Positions 1 to 7,583 of a stretch of 64,000 bases of DNA are shown here, in pieces. A model generated the notes under the pieces. The model saw only the letters and a list, made by a program, of their open reading frames with translations, searched no databases and was not told the origin of the DNA. This DNA is from Bacteroidales bacterium (GTDB lineage: Bacteria > Bacteroidota > Bacteroidia > Bacteroidales > M50B96): assembly GCA_018401015.1 (NCBI GenBank), contig JAGYLP010000009.1, positions 11,599-75,598 on the forward strand, given 5' to 3'. Within the stretch, counting starts at the first letter, position 1. Every line of letters starts with the position of its first letter. Position numbers and translations under genes: made by a program.

Positions 1-1430
1 ACCCCAACATAAATCGAAGCAACATCTTCGCAACCATATTCGTTTGTGACCGTAAGCGTATAATCGCCGGTTTCTTCTACTAATAAAGTCTCCGAAATAT
101 CGCCGGTTGACCAAGTATACGCAATCGCTCCATCGATAGTTGGCTCGAGGAAAACTGATGGATCAGAGGTAATGATGGTATCGGCTTCAAAATTGACACT
201 TGGACTTGGATTGATATCCAGGGCTATCTCATCTTCTAAGACCGCACAAGGATGAGAAATCGTGACACTGTAAGTACCACTTTGGCTCACGGCAATACTT
301 TGAGTTTGGTCGCCGGTGGACCAGGCATAAGTAGAACCCGGATGTCCTGCATCGAGGATAAGCTCTTGACCATCGCAAATGGTTTGATCTCCTCCTAAGT
401 CGAGTGTCATCTCAAACATATCTACTTCCACTTCCTGAACAACCGACTCACAAAGGTTTGTGATGGTCACATCGTACGTTCCGGGGCTATTTACCAAGGT
501 CGTTTGAGTCATCGAACCGGTTGACCAAAGGTAGGAGGCACCGGCATTTCCGGCATCCAGTAGCAGTGACTGTCCTTCGCAAACCGTTGCATTTGCAGGC
601 AATAACTCTTCAATAGTAACAATTTCAAGATTCACTTCGTCGGAATAGGTACCACACATGTTTGTTACTTCAACCATGTAATTACCATCTTGTGTAACCT
701 CAATGCTTTGAGTAGAGGCGCCATTTGACCAGAAGTATTCGGCATTTTCCTGACCGGTATCTAGAATATATCCGGCACAAACACTCGTATCATTTCCAAA
801 AATATCGAGTAAGGGTTGATCGGCATAAACGAACACCTGATCCACTCCGTCGCCACATTGATTGGTAACCGTAATGGAATAATACCCTCCGGTGGTGACA
901 GCAATTTGAGGAGTATTATCACCGGTAGACCATTCGTAGGTTTCGAACTGGAAGCCGGTAGAACCACTAATTACCTCAGTGACCCCTTCGCAAATGGTAA
1001 TATCGGGACCCAAATCAACCAGTGGAACGTCGAGTGGGTTGTAGGTAATGTTATCCGTTATGGTTCCGCATGCGTTTGTTACGGAAAGATTGTAAGTACC
1101 GGGTACTGAAACAACCAAGGTTTGATTCTGCGAACCGGTATTCCACAAATAGCTTGATCCAACATTTAGTGCATCGAGCGTATCGGTTTCACCCGGACAG
1201 AGAAACTGATCGCTTCCAAGTGGAGATACCAAGGGTTGATCGAAAGCAACATAAATGGAATCGACCGAAGTGCAATCGCCCAGAGTAAGAGTAACGGAAT
1301 AAGTTCCGGTCTGAGTTACGTTAATAGTAGGTGATATCTGGAGCGTGTTCCATTGATAGTAGGTCATCCCAAAATTTAAATTGGTATAGGTTGCATCGAG
1401 GGTTTGGATATCGCCCTGGCAAATACCGCT
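1..1430 (-). repeat. Tandem array of about 7 diverged ~70-aa (~210 nt) Cys-framed modules within the partial adhesin
   Basis: Repeated pattern [ILV]C.G....L.A.....Y.W.TG..T..I.V...G.Y.V.V.N.CG...D.I. Examples: ICEGVTEVISGS..YEWSTGDNTPQIAVTTGGYYSITVTNQCG, VCEGQSLLLDAGNAGASYLWSTGSMTQTTLVNSPGTYDVTITNLCE, ICDGQELILDAGHPGSTYAWSTGDQTQSIAVSQSGTYSVTISHPC. Confidence 0.7.
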
Positions 1431-3137
1431 GGTAATATCGACTCCCAAATCGGCTTCCACATTGTTGTATATCACCTGTATCTGATCTGTCATCATTCCA
1501 CAAATAGAATCACCATAAATCTGTAAAGTGTACAATCCAGGCTTATCGATTAAATAGGTTGGGGTTGAATCGTAATTCGTGGTAGACCCCAAGTTGGCTG
1601 TCCAGGTATATTCAGCTTGTCCGTCGAGCGCAAAGCAATCGTTGAACGAGAAATCATAGGCCAAGGTGGTATTGGTACACATAATTGTGTCGGGACCTAA
1701 ATAGGGATCGGGGTTTTGCGCAAAATTGATGGTTTGGACGGTTGTATCGAGTACCCCTTGTCGGTTAGTAATTAGCTGCACGTCGAAAGAACCGCCGCAC
1801 TCATACATGAAGAATACGGTATCTTCCGATGATGTAAGGTGAAAATTAGGATCGTTGGTAGGATAATTAAAGTTCCAGGATGCAGAAGTTAACCCTTGCG
1901 GATTAGGGATAACGAAGAAAGCGGTATCGTTTTCGCAATTGGTAATAATCTCAAAGATTGCCGGTACGAAGAAAGAAGTAATGAAGGTAGGTAAACCTTC
2001 TCGTGAGGTTTTGGCGCTGGATAAATCCGGACCCAACATCACACCTTGATCCACATATTCGGTTAACATCCCTAATTCGGTGGGTTCGTTAATTCGACCC
2101 AGGTATTTGGTACTATTTCGAGCCAGGTAAATTTTTTGATCAATCGCTAATTGCAAAGCGCCACCGGCAGCAGAACCGAGGGTTGCAATCTGGATTTCGG
2201 AACCGGCAATGGCTGCCGAAGGCAAAGTAATGTCGTACTGACGCAAGGGTGTTCCCCATCGTTCTGAACCGTAGAGGTAATGCCCGTCGTCGGAGAACTC
2301 AACACCGTAGCAACTGTAATAGTCCTGCCCCGAAATATAAACCGGATTTGAAAGGATACCGGTACTATTGTCGAAATCGAACAATTCAAAAAAGTCTCCG
2401 CCTTCCACAGCACAAACTACTTTATTACCGGATGGAGACGCTTTTTGATAACCACGTGTCCATCCTGAGCTACCCGTATGAGCAGTTCCTACGCTGGAGG
2501 AAACATAATTAACGATATCAACTCCTGCGGTGGTAACCAAATACACCCGAAACGTGTTGTTATTCCACTCATGGGTAATAACCCAAATATCTAATCCATT
2601 CGCATGGGCTACCGCGGTAATTTTCTCGGTAGAAGGAGTGAAAAGAGGTACATTTTTCTCCATGAGGTCAACATCGCCCATTCCTCCGTTCAAAGTCATA
2701 TCGACCCGGGAGTAGGTTAATCCATTAACCCCAATATTATCATCTACAGCAAATACATATAAGGTATTCGGATCCAATGGTTTCGGAACAATCACCCCCG
2801 ATTGAGTCGAAGATGGGTCGCCTAATAAGGATCCACCCGGGCTGGTATTCTGCGTATTTGGCATCTGATTATGCAAAGCATCCCAGATTCTAATTCCATC
2901 GGTATAAAACACGAGCTCACAGGCGGTATTGGCAATGGTCGCAACTCCTTCGTTGGTTGTAAGCTGACTATCCATCAAGTACATTGGATCTCCGTTGGGC
3001 TGGAGAGTACACCAGGTTAATCCGGCGTAATTACCGAAATACCAAATTGCTCCCTCATTGGATTGTGCATAAGATTGCCCCAGAATTAAACTGAGTAATA
3101 AGCTAAGGTAAAAGTTCCTCCATCTCATAATGCGCAT
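1..3137 (-). CDS. T9SS type-B-cargo-like giant surface protein, partial (the C-terminus runs off the window start). It has a signal peptide, a beta-propeller-like N-domain and at least 7 Cys-framed Ig-like modules.
   Basis: Not in the supplied ORF track because it is open-ended. Manual reverse translation from the ATG at 3137 gives MRIMRWRNFYLSLLLSLILGQSYAQSNEGAIWYFGNYAGLTW... Spot checks at 3137-2941, ~2160, ~1500, ~1080, ~780 and 60-1 all read in frame without stops. The N-terminal ~450 aa is clearly paralogous to ORF 48623-51415 (NGLTYSRVDMTLNGGMGDV vs NGLSYSEVDMSLNGGLGNV; EKITAVAHANGLDIWVIT vs EKLTAVRHGNTTDFWVLT). Confidence 0.85.
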   Translation of the reverse strand, partial: MRIMRWRNFYLSLLLSLILGQSYAQSNEGAIWYFGNYAGLTWCTLQPNGDPMYLMDSQLTTNEGVATIANTACELVFYTDGIRIWDALHNQMPNTQNTSPGGSLLGDPSSTQSGVIVPKPLDPNTLYVFAVDDNIGVNGLTYSRVDMTLNGGMGDVDLMEKNVPLFTPSTEKITAVAHANGLDIWVITHEWNNNTFRVYLVTTAGVDIVNYVSSSVGTAHTGSSGWTRGYQKASPSGNKVVCAVEGGDFFELFDFDNSTGILSNPVYISGQDYYSCYGVEFSDDGHYLYGSERWGTPLRQYDITLPSAAIAGSEIQIATLGSAAGGALQLAIDQKIYLARNSTKYLGRINEPTELGMLTEYVDQGVMLGPDLSSAKTSREGLPTFITSFFVPAIFEIITNCENDTAFFVIPNPQGLTSASWNFNYPTNDPNFHLTSSEDTVFFMYECGGSFDVQLITNRQGVLDTTVQTINFAQNPDPYLGPDTIMCTNTTLAYDFSFNDCFALDGQAEYTWTANLGSTTNYDSTPTYLIDKPGLYTLQIYGDSICGMMTDQIQVIYNNVEADLGVDITSGICQGDIQTLDATYTNLNFGMTYYQWNTLQISPTINVTQTGTYSVTLTLGDCTSVDSIYVAFDQPLVSPLGSDQFLCPGETDTLDALNVGSSYLWNTGSQNQTLVVSVPGTYNLSVTNACGTITDNITYNPLDVPLVDLGPDITICEGVTEVISGSTGFQFETYEWSTGDNTPQIAVTTGGYYSITVTNQCGDGVDQVFVYADQPLLDIFGNDTSVCAGYILDTGQENAEYFWSNGASTQSIEVTQDGNYMVEVTNMCGTYSDEVNLEIVTIEELLPANATVCEGQSLLLDAGNAGASYLWSTGSMTQTTLVNSPGTYDVTITNLCESVVQEVEVDMFEMTLDLGGDQTICDGQELILDAGHPGSTYAWSTGDQTQSIAVSQSGTYSVTISHPCAVLEDEIALDINPSPSVNFEADTIITSDPSVFLEPTIDGAIAYTWSTGDISETLLVEETGDYTLTVTNEYGCEDVASIYVG

Positions 3138-3171
3138 TTATTTTTAATTAATATCTTTTTTGCAAACCGCT

Positions 3172-3179
3172 CAAATATA
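3172..3179 (-). promoter_or_regulatory. Bacteroidota-type -7 promoter box (TATATTTG on the minus strand)
   Basis: Exact match to TAnnTTTG, 35 nt upstream of the ATG at 3137. Confidence 0.45.
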
Positions 3180-3397
3180 AGTAATCCTCGTATATAATGA
3201 AATCGTTCAACCATGAAGTTTTTTGGGATGCCAGCATCATTCGCCACTCCACAGACACACCTATAAAAACCTCAACACCAATTGATTCGACACAGTCACA
3301 ACACAAAAAATTAAATTGCTTTGAGCGATTAAAACCAGCATTAAGACAAAAAAAAACGCAAAGGTTGTCGGCTTGGTGGAAGATTTTTATTAAAAAC

Positions 3398-3428
3398 AAG
3401 CAGCCCGAAGAATTTCTCCGGGCTGCTT
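3398..3428 (-). terminator. Rho-independent terminator of the serC-serA-DUF1015 operon
   Basis: Perfect 10-bp stem aagcagcccg / cgggctgctt with an 11-nt loop. It lies 20 nt past the DUF1015 stop and is followed on the minus strand by GTTTTTAATAAAAAT. Confidence 0.7.
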
Positions 3429-3447
3429 CTAATTGTTAAATTCTTAA

Positions 3448-4698
3448 CTAATCCAAAGGATTAATGACTAATCCTGAACGGAGCTTCGGTTCAAACCAGG
3501 TTGTTTTAGGCGGCATGATATTCCCAGAATCAGCAATATCAATTAATTGCTGCATGCTAACCGGAAACAGAGCGAAGGCTACTGCATGCTCTCCGGCATC
3601 AACTCGTCGTTTCAGTTCGGACAATCCGCGAATGCCACCCACAAAATCGCATCGCTGCGTGGTCCTCAGATCCTCTATACCCAGAATATTATCGAGGACA
3701 TGATTCGAAAGAACGGTCACATCGAGCGTGGCAATCGGGTCGGAATCGTTATATGAGCCTGGCTTGGCCATTAAGCGATACCAACTTCCATCCAAATACA
3801 TGCTAAATTCGTGTAAACGAGTAGGCTTAAACTCGTTTGATCCTTTCTCTTCTACCTCAAAAACCTCGTTCAATCGAGAAACAAATTCCTCCTTGTTTAA
3901 ACCATTCAAATCTTTTACTACCCGATTATAATCGATAATCTGAAGTTGATTATCGGGAAAGTGGACGGCCATGAAGAAATTGTATGGCTCGGAGCCGGTA
4001 TGATTCGGATTGGCAGCTTTGCGTTCGAGGCCAATCCGTGCGGCAGCAGCAGTACGATGATGACCATCGGCTACATAGGTGCTTTCCACGCGAGTGGCAA
4101 ATAACGCTTCTATCCTTCTGTTTGTTTGGGCATCCCAAACTGGCCAAAAATGATGTCCGAAACCATCTTCAGCAACAAAATCATACTCTGCTGTTTCATT
4201 TTCAACAATTGATGAAACGATTTCGTCTAATTCAGGCACTGCTTTATAGCTAAAAAACACCGGTTCGATGTTCGCATTGAGATAGCGTGTTAACACCATT
4301 CGGTCTTCCTCTTTATCGGGGCGGGTAAGCTCGTGTTTTTTGATGACCCCGTTCCAGTAGTCTTCGCATGCAGCTGCTCCAACAATTCCGTATTGCGTTA
4401 CACCATTCATGGTCTGTGCATAAATGTAATAGCGAGCCTCGGCGTCTTGCTTCAACCAGCCCTTTTCGCGAAAAGTTTTGAAGTTCGAAACAGCCTTTTC
4501 ATACACGGTTTCTGAATGGATATCAATTCCGGGTTCACAATCTATTTCGGCCCGTGTAATGTGGAGCAAACTATTGGGCTTCCCTTCAGCCATGCGGGCT
4601 GCTTCTTCGCTGTTCATAACATCGTAGGGCAAGCATGCTAATTGCGCCACCATTTCTTTGGGTGGACGTATTCCTTTAAATGGTTTTACTATGGCCAT
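3448..4698 (-). CDS. DUF1015 family protein
   Basis: 416 aa. The N-terminus MAIVKPFKGIRP and overall length are typical of DUF1015. It sits directly downstream of serA-serC, a linkage I recall as common in Bacteroidota. Confidence 0.8.
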   Translation of the reverse strand: MAIVKPFKGIRPPKEMVAQLACLPYDVMNSEEAARMAEGKPNSLLHITRAEIDCEPGIDIHSETVYEKAVSNFKTFREKGWLKQDAEARYYIYAQTMNGVTQYGIVGAAACEDYWNGVIKKHELTRPDKEEDRMVLTRYLNANIEPVFFSYKAVPELDEIVSSIVENETAEYDFVAEDGFGHHFWPVWDAQTNRRIEALFATRVESTYVADGHHRTAAAARIGLERKAANPNHTGSEPYNFFMAVHFPDNQLQIIDYNRVVKDLNGLNKEEFVSRLNEVFEVEEKGSNEFKPTRLHEFSMYLDGSWYRLMAKPGSYNDSDPIATLDVTVLSNHVLDNILGIEDLRTTQRCDFVGGIRGLSELKRRVDAGEHAVAFALFPVSMQQLIDIADSGNIMPPKTTWFEPKLRSGLVINPLD

Positions 4699-4721
4699 AA
4701 TCCATGGGTTTATTTAAACGA

Positions 4722-5645
4722 TTAGTTATTGACTTTAAAACGAGTATTGCCGGTGGTAAAATAATCTACAATTTGATTAGCGGCAGCAATTCCTGCATTG
4801 ATATTTGCTTCTTCTGTCTGAGCTCCCATTTTTTTAGGAGTAGCAAAGAATTTTCCGGGGTGCTCCTGAATCAATTGCTGTAGGCAATCGGGGGCAATAT
4901 CGGTAGCGTATCTAAAGTCCTTGCGCTCACTCATAACCCGAAGCAGATCGTCTTCATGAATAACCTCTTTACGTGCTGTATTAACTAAGGTAGCTCCATG
5001 AGGCATACTCATTAATAATTCGTAGTTAATCGATTGCTTGGTTTTATCGTTGGCCGGAATATGCAGCGAAATGTACTGACAGGTTTTGTATAGTTCCTCG
5101 ACCGATGACAATACGGTAACTCCATCGGCCTCAATCACTGAGGCATCGACAAATGGATCGAAAGCAAATACTTCCATACCGAAGCCTTTTGCAATTTTGC
5201 CAACCAAACGGCCTACATTACCATAAGCGTGGATACCTATTTTCTTACCGCTTAATTCGGTTCCGGCGCTTCCATTATAGTTATTGCGAGCCATCATTAC
5301 CATAAAGCCCAATGCTAATTCGGCCACAGCATTCGAGTTTTGCCCGGGAGTATTCATGGCCACAACCTGATGGTCGGTAGCAGCTTGTAAATCGATATTA
5401 TCATACCCAGCTCCGGCACGAACCACAATCGCTAGGTTTGAGGCAGCCTCGAGGATCTCGCGATCGACTTTATCGGAACGAATGATAAGTGCGTGGGCGG
5501 TTTGAACAGCCTCTTTGAATTGTTCCTTTGAAGTATATTTCTCTAAAAGTGCGAATTCGAATCCGGCTTGGTCAATTACCCGACGGATACCATCGACGGC
5601 AATTGGAGCAAAAGGTTTTTCGGTAGCAACTAAAATTTTTTTCAT
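4722..5645 (-). CDS. serA: D-3-phosphoglycerate dehydrogenase, short form without an ACT domain (D-isomer 2-hydroxyacid dehydrogenase family)
   Basis: 307 aa. NAD-binding GIHAYGNVGRLVG (G.G..G) motif, RAGAGYDNID motif, adjacent to serC. Confidence 0.82.
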   Translation of the reverse strand: MKKILVATEKPFAPIAVDGIRRVIDQAGFEFALLEKYTSKEQFKEAVQTAHALIIRSDKVDREILEAASNLAIVVRAGAGYDNIDLQAATDHQVVAMNTPGQNSNAVAELALGFMVMMARNNYNGSAGTELSGKKIGIHAYGNVGRLVGKIAKGFGMEVFAFDPFVDASVIEADGVTVLSSVEELYKTCQYISLHIPANDKTKQSINYELLMSMPHGATLVNTARKEVIHEDDLLRVMSERKDFRYATDIAPDCLQQLIQEHPGKFFATPKKMGAQTEEANINAGIAAANQIVDYFTTGNTRFKVNN

Positions 5646-5789
5646 GGCAGGGAATTCTTTAAGATTTGAAAATATTGGAGCAATGAGACTCCGAAATAAG
5701 ACTTACTTCTTTAAGTAAATGATAAAAAAAGGGAACAGCCCGGAACGGACACCAAGGTACTTTCCGGGCTGTAACATTAATAAGGTATA

Positions 5790-6863
5790 TTATGCGTTTG
5801 CACGTTCAAATTCCTGCATCGCATCAACCAGCACTTGCACACTCTCGAGAGGGAGCGCATTGTAGGTCGAAGCGCGGAATCCACCAACAGAGCGGTGTCC
5901 TTTAATGCCGACACAGCCTTTCTCTTGGGCAAATTTGATAAAATCGGCTTCCTTATCTTTGTATTGCTCTTTCATTACAAAGCAAATATTCATGAGGGAG
6001 CGATCTTCCTTTTCAACGGTTCCAACAAACATTTTACTGGAATCGATGGCCTGATATAATAGATCGGCTTTTTCGCGATTCATGCGATACATAACTTCCA
6101 GTCCGCCGAGGCTCTTCAACCACTTAAGGGTTTCTCTAACCACATAAATGGGTAAAACCGGAGGAGTATTAAACATGCTATCGTTTTCAATGTGAGTAGA
6201 ATACTTTAACATGGTGGGTATAGTACGATCGACTAAGCGATCCAAAAGTGCATTCTTGATAATTACAAAGGTAACCCCGGCTGGTCCGAGGTTCTTTTGA
6301 GCACCTCCGTAAATCATATCGTATTTCGACACATCCACCGGGCGGCTTAGAATATCCGACGACATATCGGCAATTAGCGGCACTTTGCAATCGTAATCGA
6401 CATGAATTTCGGTTCCTTTAATGGTATTGTTGGTGGTAATGTGGAAATAATCGGCATCGGCAGGTACTTCGTAATTTTTGGGGATGTAGGTAAAGTTACG
6501 ATCTTTCGAGCTGGCTACTTCAATTGCTTCGCCAAATAAGCGAGCTTCGGCTAGCGCTTTGGTGGCCCAGGTTCCCGTGTTCAAATAGGCAGCTTTCGTC
6601 TTCAGGAAATTGAAAGGAATCATCGCAAATTGTAAGCTGGCTCCGCCACCCAAAAATAGGACAGAATAGCCTTCCGGAATAGCCAATAACTCCTTAAACA
6701 AAGCAACTGTTTCATCAAAGATAGCCTGAAAATGACTTCCCCGATGTGAAACTTCCATAATGGATTGACCAATTCCATCTAAATCTAAAACGGCTTTAGC
6801 AGTATTCTCGCGAGCCGATTCGGGTAAAACGCAAGGTCCGGCATTGAAAATGTGTTTCCTCAT
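5790..6863 (-). CDS. serC: Phosphoserine aminotransferase
   Basis: 357 aa. [10 protein letters not shown]-terminus, [20 protein letters not shown] (PLP-Lys region), [18 protein letters not shown]-terminal motif. Confidence 0.95.
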   Translation of the reverse strand: MRKHIFNAGPCVLPESARENTAKAVLDLDGIGQSIMEVSHRGSHFQAIFDETVALFKELLAIPEGYSVLFLGGGASLQFAMIPFNFLKTKAAYLNTGTWATKALAEARLFGEAIEVASSKDRNFTYIPKNYEVPADADYFHITTNNTIKGTEIHVDYDCKVPLIADMSSDILSRPVDVSKYDMIYGGAQKNLGPAGVTFVIIKNALLDRLVDRTIPTMLKYSTHIENDSMFNTPPVLPIYVVRETLKWLKSLGGLEVMYRMNREKADLLYQAIDSSKMFVGTVEKEDRSLMNICFVMKEQYKDKEADFIKFAQEKGCVGIKGHRSVGGFRASTYNALPLESVQVLVDAMQEFERANA

Positions 6864-6897
6864 GATTTTTAAGTATTAATGCGTTGACAAACTTCGG

Positions 6898-6905
6898 CAA
6901 ATCTA
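6898..6905 (-). promoter_or_regulatory. -7 promoter box (TAGATTTG on the minus strand) for serC
   Basis: Exact TAnnTTTG, 35 nt upstream of the serC ATG at 6863. Confidence 0.45.
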
Positions 6906-7181
6906 CAAAGCTTTTCATAATTCTATTATGTTATTCAACCATTTGAAAGGTGAATAAACGTTCCGATTTGTTCCTAAAGATTTTATATTCGCATGCCATC
7001 AAATGAACACTCAAAAAAAAATGTTTTTTTTTCGGTCTATTTTTCAACCTTTCCGATTTAGCTTCGTCTGTTGGTCGAATATCAAGCTTAAAAAACAGAA
7101 CAAAATGGATCATTTCAGAGCATCACAAAGCTTCTTTATCAATTAAAAACCTGATAATAAACACATAACAAATACACACCC

Positions 7182-7562
7182 ATGAAAATAAAATTCTTCG
7201 TTCTTGCCATCATTAGCTTACTCTTCCATGTTTCGGCATTAAGCCAATCTGAAAGCATGCATATCAGCTTTGATAATGATGTTCCGACTTATCTTTTTAA
7301 AAGCGAAAAGACCAGTTTATCCTTTGTTTTGCATACTAACGTGGCCAACATCGAAGCCATTCGCGCAAAGCTAGAATCCTTGCAAGACAATATCGAGCTG
7401 CATCTTGAACCAAGCGAAACCGATGGTCAATACAACGGCCAACTCATCTTTCATCATGAAGCAGGAAAAGAATACTTTCATAAGATCTTTGTTTTTATCG
7501 GAGTAGAACACCTTTTATTAAACGGAAGACTTATTCCAATAGCGGAACTTCTCACTATTTAA
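7182..7562 (+). CDS. Small secreted hypothetical protein, first gene of the adhesin cluster
   Basis: 126 aa. N-terminal signal peptide MKIKFFVLAIISLLFHVSALSQ. 21 nt upstream of the first giant adhesin. No family recognised. Confidence 0.5.
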   Translation: MKIKFFVLAIISLLFHVSALSQSESMHISFDNDVPTYLFKSEKTSLSFVLHTNVANIEAIRAKLESLQDNIELHLEPSETDGQYNGQLIFHHEAGKEYFHKIFVFIGVEHLLLNGRLIPIAELLTI

Positions 7563-7583
7563 CGACCTGAAACATAAAACTAT

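Noticed and set aside
761-2715. Seven short track ORFs of 60-97 aa (for example 816-1109 +, 2147-2413 -, 2249-2512 +).
   Set aside because: All lie inside, and in other frames or on the other strand from, the 1045-codon open-ended minus-strand ORF (1-3137), which has clear homology to the adhesin at 48665-51415. They are frame shadows.
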